Part shown: positions 55,976-64,000 of the stretch, piece by piece
Numbering within the stretch: the first letter of the stretch is position 1
Layout of the letters: every line of letters begins with the position of its first letter
NCBI RefSeq assembly: GCF_036321535.1
Contig: NC_087462.1
Location: forward strand, 868,001 to 932,000
Length of the DNA stretch: 64,000 bases
Origin: Camelus dromedarius
Taxonomy: Eukaryota
Direction: 5' to 3'
The notes under the pieces: model-generated
The model's database searches: none
The model's input: only the letters and a program-made list of their open reading frames with translations
Told to the model about the DNA's origin: nothing
Position numbers and translations under genes: made by a program

Positions 55976-56814
55976 CCGAGCCCCAGGCCCGCCCTCCTGA
56001 GCTGCGCCCCGCTGTGCCCCGCTGTGCCCCACGGGAGGGGGCGTTCTGGGGATTCTCCAGGCCTGGGCTGTCCCAGGTGCTGCTGGGTCCCTGGCGTACA
56101 GGAGGCACTCAATAAATACTCTTTGGAGGAATGTGTGAGTGAACGGAGGGGCGAGGGAAGGAGTCCAGGAGAGTGTGATTGCCAGGAGAGCCGGAAAGGG
56201 CACTGGGATGGGGAAACAGGCAGAGAGAGGGGCAGGGCCTGGCCTGAGGTCACCCGCAAGGTCCAAGGCTGAGCCATCCATGGATGGTACAGAAGAGCAG
56301 ACACTTCCAATCAGTACGTGACCTAGGCCTGCTTTCTGGGCTCTAGAATTATACCCAGGACACACAAGGACAGGGCACAGGCTGAGGGCAGGGGCTCTGA
56401 ACTGCCTCCTCTCTTGGAGTGGCAGGTCTTGAGAACTGCCTGAGATGAACATGCGGCCCCCAAAGGGGCATGGGGAGGACGCTTGGGACCTATGGAAGCC
56501 CCACGTGCCCCTATCCTCATATTCCCTGTCCTTGTTGTTCCCCCACCCGGGGTCAGACATGCTGAGAGGAAGTGGGGGCTGGACCAGGAGTGCATGTGGT
56601 CACGTGTGAACATCTGGTGAGAGCTCCATTGTGAGTCAGACTGCCAGCGCATCTTGAAGTCTCTGCAGCCAAGTATGTGTAACTGGGGTGCCCTTGTTAA
56701 GAAAAAGTGTTTGTAAAAGTTAATAGGAATAAAAAAGGGGTGAACAGCAGTGTTGCCTGGAGGAAACCCTTCCCTGCCCTGAGCTGCTGAAGTTGTCAAG
56801 TTTATCTCTGAACT

Positions 56815-57345
56815 TCTTGGTAGCCAGGGTAAAAGGGGAAACTGGTATGTTACAGTGAATTAACATTGCCTGGGTAGGCATGTCTTCTAGGGGTCATGTC
56901 TGTTTGTGACAGAGTCTCTGAATAGGTGAGGGTGTGAGTGTAAGTGGCAATGAGAAGGGAGAGACAGAGTGTCAGGGAGTTAAACAGTGATGAGATTCCT
57001 GGTAGCTAGGGCAAAAAGGGAAACTGATACATTACAGTGTCTGTTTAGGCATGTCTTCCTCCAGGCCATGCTTGCTTGTGACAGCGTCTAATCAACTGAG
57101 TGTGAAGCAAGGGGAATAAAAGCAGACACAAAGTCTCTGAGTGTAAAATAGCTGTAAGTTTCCTGGCAGCCAGGGTGAGAGAGGAAATGAGTTAAAGAGT
57201 CAATTCAGTGTGTCCTCATCAGTACCTGCCTGCTTGCAACAGTGGATCTGAGTGCAGGAGTAGAAGCGGGTGTAATGAGGAGTCACAGAGCTGCAAGTGG
57301 GAGATACTCCAAAGCTCCCTGGAAGCTATGCCAAGAGGGGAAGTA
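56815..57345. repeat. Ancient degenerate tandem repeat (~155-180 nt period, 3-4 copies) in the ADAMTSL5 3'UTR
   Basis: TGG(T/C/A)AGC(C/T)A anchors at 56818, 57000, 57164 and 57320; the first two copies also share GGAAACTG..A..TTACAGTG, TAGGCATGTCTTC and TTGTGACAG. Confidence 0.75.
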
Positions 57346-57411
57346 TGTTGACTTTGAGCCTAGCCAGGCATGTCCTCCTCGTGGTGTGTGGCTGAGGCCT
57401 GGTCTAGGGGC

Positions 57412-60400
57412 TCAGACAGGGCAGTGCTGGGCGGCCAGGCGGACACGGCTGTCCTCGGCAGGGCTCCAGGGCCGGGCATAGCCGGCGTGGGGCAGCAGCA
57501 GCCGGTCCTGAGTGCCATCGGGGCTGATGAGGCGCCGGGCAGCCAGCAGGTACTCGCGATGGAGGGCCAACACTGGGCAGGGGCAGCGGCTCGGTGCCCA
57601 CACGTACTCGAGAGCACGCAGAGGTGAGCGGTTCTTGTAGATGAGCTGCACGCGCACCTCATAGCGGGTCTCCTGGGCCTGGCGGAGGCGGCCCCGCACT
57701 CGGGCCCGGAACACTGTGGGCAGGGCGGGTGCTAAGGCCGGCTGGATGCTCTTCCCTGGGCCCCATCCACACACCCACTGCCAGGCAAGGGAACTAGGGG
57801 TCGGGAGGGGCATCGGGGACCCTTGGGGTCTGTGGTAGCCAAGGCCTGGGGTTGGGGTCAGGGTCAGGTCAGGGATCAATGAGGGGTTAGGGGTCAGATT
57901 AGGGCAAAGGGTCAAATCAAGGAGTCAAATTAAGGTCAGAAGGAGTCAAGTTGGAGTCAGGTCAAGGAGTCAAGGGTAAAATCAGACCAGGGTCAGAGGT
58001 CGGCAGGACAGGGATCAAGTTCGGGACAGTGAGGGGTCAGGTGAGGGCTGGGGTCAGGGGTGTCTTACCGAAGTCGCTGCCACAATAGTGGAGCAGCCGG
58101 TGGGCACGACCTCGGGTGTCAGGACAGGGTGGGCAGGGGTCTGTGGAGGCAGTGCCATCAGGGGCACAGGCCTCACCTCCCTGCTTGCTCCCACCCACGC
58201 TGTCCCCTCACCTGATGTGGGGGTCGGGGTCTGATGGAGGATAACGGTGGGGGCTGCAGGAGGCTCAGGGGGCCGAGGTTCCACCTCCCGAGGCTGTGGC
58301 TGCCACAGGGGCCAGCCCAGGGCCTGTGCCTGTGCTTGGAAGGGGCTGTAGAGCTCCTGGGGGAGCCAGAACTCGAACTCAATGCCGGGGTTGGGCTCCT
58401 GCAGGAGGACCTGGGGAGGGGGTCACACACTAGGGAGCTGCAGTCAGGTATGATGGCCCAGCCTTCCCTCTGACACTCTGACCCCTGCCTCCTCCCAGAT
58501 CCTATAACCACCGCAACGTGTCCAGCTGCCCCATCAGAGGCCCGCCCGTACCTGCAGGAGCAGGTCTTGGGAGGTGGGCCCGGCGGCGCTCAGCGTCTCC
58601 TCCCGCCCCGTGGCGCGGGTGTAAACCACGCGGGTGCCCGCCGCCTCGTAGGTCCCGGGCGGGCTGACCGCCCAGTTCCCGTTGAGCACGTAGCGCCCGT
58701 CGCCCCCCATCAGCGCTGCAAGGGAAGGGTGAGCCCGAGCTTCCCGGAACAGGCCTGGCCCGCCTCCCTACCCTGGCGTCCCCCTCCCTAGGCCTCAGTC
58801 TCCCCGTTGGATCCGGGTGGCCAACAGGGCGCCTCCCCCCGGACCCTGCGGTACCCAGGTGGTTGCGGCTCCGGTGGGCGGCGCGTATGTGCCTGGCGCC
58901 CTCAGGGATCAGGGTCACGTTCCAGTACCCAGCGAAGGCACCTGGGCGGGAGGGAAGAAAAGTGTTGGGAACAGGGTGGGGTGTATTTGAAGGATGATTT
59001 AAGGCTTAAGTGAAGTGCTGCGGTGCGGGGGTTAGCCAAGGCCCTGGTGCTCGGAAAACGCTTCCTAAAGGATCGGAGTTACGTTTACTGTCGCTTGAGT
59101 GCGGCAGCGAAAGAGTTAAGCCCCCATCTGTTCTGCGAAGGGCGGGACAATCTGGCAGTGGCCAATTACAATGACGAGTGGGGGGGCGGGCCGCAGACTG
59201 CCCGCTCAGCTCGGGACTTCGTTAAAGGGCCCGCTCAGGGACAGAGTGAGGAAGGGGTGGGCGGTCACCGGCGTCACGGAACACGCGCTGTACGAAGAGG
59301 CATGAGTCGTTGGCGCCACCGCAGCGGCCGCAGCGGTCTTCGCGGGCGCCCGAGCCCAGCAAACCGTCACAGCCGGCGCTCTACAGGGGTGGGGAGGACA
59401 CGCGCGCGGTCAAACGCCCCCCAGCCCGGGGCCGCTGTGAGCGCGAGGGTGGAGGGGTGAGGGGGGGCTCATGGAAGAGGGCGGGACCGAGAACTGAAAG
59501 GATGGGACTGGGGGCGGGCCCCAGTGGGAGGAGGCTGGGGGTGGAGTCTAGTGATGATAGGTGGAGGCCGGGAGGGCGGGGCGTTGCTAAGGGGTGGGGC
59601 CAAGTGAAGAAGGCCCGACCGGGAACTAAATGAATGGGACTTGGGGGAGAGGCCTGGAGGAAGGAGCCTAGGGTGAAATCTAGGGAAAGGCGGGGCCCTG
59701 ATGGAGGTGGGCGGGGACGGGGCTGGGCCTGGAGACCTCACCAGACAGCGGCCAGCCACGCAGAGCCCTGGGGAGCCCTGGCTGCAGGGGGTACCGTCCA
59801 GTACTCGACCAAAGCTGTGATAGAAGTCGTGCCCCTCTGCCAGGCAGTTGAGGTCACACTGGTTGGGTGCTGGGGGGCGGGAGGAGCTGGTGGGCCGGGG
59901 GACCGCTATCTGAGTTCCAGCCCCCTCCCTGCCAGTCTCCCCCAGGCAACAATCCCTTTGGGCAGATGACGCCCAGAGACAGACAAAGCCACACACAGAG
60001 GCTGAGGCAGAGCCAGGACTGGAACTTAGGCATTCTTCTTCCAGTTCCGCGGGACTCTCCCAGGCCAGTATCTAGGCCTGCACTCATTTGTTCATTCATT
60101 CATTCATGTTAAGTCCTAATATTAGGGGGTCCTTACATGTTTCCATTATTAACATCATCACCCATCCTTCACTCATTCTTTCATTCTACAACACTTATTC
60201 CACAAACACTTGTTGAGAACTTAGGATTTTCCAGACAGTGTTCTAGGCTCTGGGGTATAGCAGTGGGCAGAACTCACTCAGTACTTGGGCCCTGCACCCA
60301 GCAGGTGCCCCGTAAAAAGTATTTGTCCAGTGCTGACTGAGTCCCGCATAGCCCGGGTGTGTTGCTGGCCCTGCCTGGGACTCAGTTTCCCTCTCTAACT

Positions 60401-61908
60401 TGCAGTGGACAGTCAGATCACACCCACAGAACACCAGCCCCGATCCCTGCTCCCTTCTGCTCAAGCTCTCTCTGGCTCCCACATCCCTGAGGCTGGCTGG
60501 CAGACCCTGCCTGGATTGGAACCCGAGCTGGCCATGACAGGCCTCTGTGGGGGTGGGACCATGACAAGTTTCCTCCAATTCTTGAGGCGAAGGGAAAAAA
60601 AAAAAATCCATGAGGTCGAAAAAAAAAATCTATGATGGAAACTTTCTTCATTCTAGGATTTTCTTATCTGTGTCTGCTCCCACCATGGCGTCTGAAACTG
60701 CCTATCTCCCTTAAATCTGGAGGTGCACTGCCCCGGGCACAAAGTTATATAACTCACTATTTTCAGCTCAGTGTGGCAGCATTTCCTGCTGCTAGGGTAA
60801 GTTTGAAAACTGTTGGCTTCTGGATACAGCTCCAAGTAAATCCTCACCCCGGTGTTCGACCCTGTGCATAATAGACCCTGCCTCCCTGAGCCCCTGCTTC
60901 ACATCTCACATGTGCTTTTCCCCACTGCATCACCTCACCAACTCCTACATATCCTTCAAAGCCCCAGTGCTAATGCCCCCTTCTTGCAACCCTCCAAGTT
61001 CCCCTTCTTTCTTAGCAGCCACTTTTCCTTGCCAGCTCTCAACTAACTGGAAGGTAGGCTACTCACCTCCATAGAAGGGCACCCACAGGTAGGTCTTCTG
61101 GGTGCCCAGGACAGGGTGGCCATTGTAGAGGGCACACTGGAGGTCTCGGAAGGGCACAGCCCCTAGGGGACAGTCCTGGGGATGGAGATGGATGGATCAG
61201 AGGCTGGGATGGCCCTGGGGATACCCAAAAAGTCTGGCATGGTGGCAAGCATACTTGGCAGCAGGGGTAGGGAGGCAGGAGGGCTTCAGGGAAGACTCAG
61301 TCTTGGAGGCGGGTAGAACTTACGGGCAACTGGCAGAGGCGGTACTCGTGAGTGTGCCCCCAGCATAGCTCTTCCCCGGGAAACCTACAAGGATCAGGGC
61401 TTCCAGACCCTGGTCAGGACCTCCAGGAACCCCTTCCCCAGAGCCAGCCTGCCCATCCATCCACCCCCCCAACCCTACCCACATTCCAGCTGAATCAGCT
61501 GGATTAAAAGGAGTAGCATGTGTGGGCAGGCCGAGGGTGCGGCCAGGGGCTGGGCTGGGCTGGCAGGAGAGGAGGGGTAGGGACCCCCTCCCGTCCCACC
61601 CAGCCCTCCGCACCGAATGCATCTCCGGCTGCGCATGGAGAGCCCTTGCCCACAAGAACTGGAACAGCGGCTCCAGGAACCCCACGGAGTCCACTCGCCT
61701 GAACCCTACTTGGGGAGAGAGAGGCACAGTTAGCCTCGGAAGGGAGGCTAGTGACCCCCACAGCACCAGCCAGTTCCCCATGTCCACTGCCCCTTGGATT
61801 CATGTCCCCCTTTACCTGAGCGTTGTCCCCCAAACCACAGTTGAGAAGGGTCCACAGCAGGAGCAGGAGGCCCCGGAGGGGGTGGCGTCTGGGGGAGCAG
61901 AGGGGGAC
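57412..61908 (-). CDS. ADAMTSL5: ADAMTS-like protein 5. Exons: signal-peptide exon (acceptor 61908 or 61888) to 61816, 61705-61614, 61384-61324, 61175-61067, 59869-59742, 59380-59269, 58941-58855, 58715-58552, 58410-58212, 58140-58069, 57713-57412. Start codon unresolved; probable non-coding exon 1 ends at 63476
   Basis: LLLLLWTLLNCGLG signal peptide, TSP1 repeat (GEWTPWGSWSRCSSSCGQG), Cys-rich region (PNQCDLNCLAEGH), spacer (IPEGARHI, YVLNGNWAVSPPG) and C-terminal NTR domain (HYCGSDFVFRARV...HCPV*). All junctions are GT-AG and in phase. Strong donor CG|GTAAGT at 63476. Confidence 0.93.
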
Positions 61909-64000
61909 CTGCAGTGGGGGTGCCAGCTGGCCAGGGGTTCAACCCCAGCTCTGCCCTGACTTAGCTATGTGATTTTGGACAGTAGCTCAACCTCTCTGAG
62001 CCTCCCTTCTCATCTCTGAGACATGAAGTGATAATAGAGCCCCCCACGGGAAAGGTTTGAGAGGCCCGTCAGGCTAGGTGAGGAAAATGGGAGTCGCAGA
62101 GCCTGCTATGGAGAGAGAGAGCTCAAAATTATTGCTATTGGTGGTTTATTGTCTTATGATGCACACAGAAGGTGCTTATTCACTGTCTTCAGGAGGAAGG
62201 AATCATCCCAGGACAATGCATGAGTGTCTCCAGGGCCCCAGGGCTGTCCCCACTCTCCCCACCATCATCGCTCCTACCTTCCTGTGTGGCCAGGGGCCAG
62301 CTGCTCTGCTTCCCCAGGCCTCAGTTTCCCCATCTGTGCAGTGGGAACCAGCTGGGCTCAGTCCAGGATTCTATGAGAACTTGCAGAGGGTGTGGCCAGT
62401 GGGAGCTGGAGCTGGTGTCTGGCAGAGGCCCCCCGGCGGCCCCCAGCCTCCAGGGCCCCCTCAGCTCCCAGACTCACAGCAGCAGGGAGCTCCGGGGTTG
62501 GGGGAGGGGCAGGGAGGGGTGACCTGGCCCTGGTCCAGTCTGTGCCTCATGGCCTCTTGCAGAGGGTGTGGGACGGAGCCCCAGGGCAACCTGCAGAGGG
62601 AAAAGGGCCACCAGTGAGAATGAGGCAGGGAAGAGGAAGACGGCTGTGTGGGTGCGGTGGAGGGGTGGCTGGGAGACTTTGCCTCCCTGGGCCTCAGTTT
62701 CCCCATCTGTCAGGGGAGGAATGAAGTCAGTTGTCATTCCCATGTGACCACGGCATGGGTGGCGAAAGGGGGAGGGAAGCAGCTGCCTCGTGAGTCCTCT
62801 CTCAGGCCAGGGTCATGGAGCCCAGCGGTCAGCAGAACCCAAAGGACACACAGGACACGCTGGAGTCCTCCAGACCTCGAGGTCCTGGGCACCGGATGTG
62901 GAAAGGTCAAGTCCCACGAGACCTTCTAGAACCCGTTTCCCTGGTTATCAGGCTCTCCTGGCTCTGGCATTAGAACTTGGGGCACCAAAGGTCTGGGGCC
63001 AAGGTGGCTCCAGGCACTGAGAACCTGGAGGACCGCGGGGCAGGTCCCCCTCTCTGACCACAGCCCGGCAGCCAGCTGCACTTCTGAACCCCAGCCTTGG
63101 CTGGCCCAGGAAACAGAAAGCAGTCTGGGCTGGAAGGTGGACATAAGGGGAGGGGGATTGTACATCTGACAGCCGCTCCCCACTGAGCACTGACTGGTGG
63201 AGTGAAGGTCTAGGTGATGAAACATGCCAGGTGAGGCGGACCACCCTTCTCCAGAGCCCCCTGCCCGAGTAGCAGAACACACGCCCTGTTTTGGCCTCAC
63301 TCCTGAACGTCAGTGAGATCTCAGGACAAGCCACGCTTCTGGGCCTCAGTTTCCCCAGGAGGAAATGGGGATGAACTTTCTCCCAGCCTGGGAGTTGCTT
63401 CCTCGCCACCGCCCAGACTAGGGAGCAGGAGGAGACGCCGGCTGGCATAGTGGGGGGATAGGAAGAGGGACTTACCGGATACGTAGAGCCCAGGCGACGC
63501 GTCCTGGCTCCCCGGGCCGCCCCTGGGCTAGCGGAAGCGGCGGGGCAGGCGAGGAGGGGCGGGGGGAGCCCGGGGCGGCCCCTCCCACCCCGCCTCCCAG
63601 GGCGCGCCCGGGTCGGGGTCTGGAGGGACGGCGGCCCCGTGCGCCCCCGCGCGGCCGTCCCGCGCCTGGACGCCGACCTGCGGCAGGGGACTGCCCCGCA
63701 AGATCCCCGGTCCCCCAGAACTGCGGCCTGGTGACCGCGCGTCCCTGTCCCGGTGCCCTTGGGAGGCCCAGGGCGGGGGAGCCACGTGGGGACCCACCGC
63801 CCTTACCCCCACCTCGGGGCTGCTATTCCGGGCGCCGCGGTCAGGGCCAGGGAATGTGCGCGAACCGAGGTCGCCCTGCTCTGGCTCCGGGCGGGCGCTG
63901 CCCTCTCTCCACCGACGCCCAGATCGCGTCCCCACGAAAGTCCCCTTTCCCAGCCACTACCCTCCCTTTCCCTCTCCCCACCCCTCCCTCAAGGTCACGT

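Noticed and set aside
62461-62706. ORF starting MGKLRP as the ADAMTSL5 start
   Set aside because: MGKLRP is the translation of the common MIR motif GGGAAACTGAGGC, which recurs many times here; no donor at a compatible phase follows it.

Overview
Mammalian genomic DNA from a GC-rich region, syntenic with the human chr19p13.3 cluster. It is most likely a camelid, judging by tRNA-Ala-derived Vic-1-like SINEs. Gene order: RPS15(+), APC2(+), C19orf25(-), PCSK4(-), REEP6(+), ADAMTSL5(-). I reconstructed exon structures by hand from splice sites and reading frame. Three N-gaps are present (3919-4056, 25666-25859, 49793-49964); two hide the expected positions of RPS15 exon 4 and REEP6 exon 3. Leading observations: (1) a second REEP6 3' splice site opens a ~298-aa frame with an in-frame 18-nt repeat array across the whole nominal 3'UTR; (2) an upstream coding first exon adds a hydrophobic N-terminus to APC2, with a near-consensus REST/RE1 site and RFX X-boxes nearby; (3) one TTTAATAAA element is the first canonical poly(A) signal for both APC2 and C19orf25; (4) the last APC2 intron holds an AT-rich MER53-derived hairpin array split by an L1 and rich in AATAAA, behind a weak donor; (5) a ~115-bp, ~91% identical inverted repeat brackets 1.4 kb after REEP6; (6) APC2 has an expanded Ala/Ala-Thr tract; (7) the ADAMTSL5 signal-peptide exon has no in-frame ATG. 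Comparisons to human and rodent sequences are from memory and need database confirmation.
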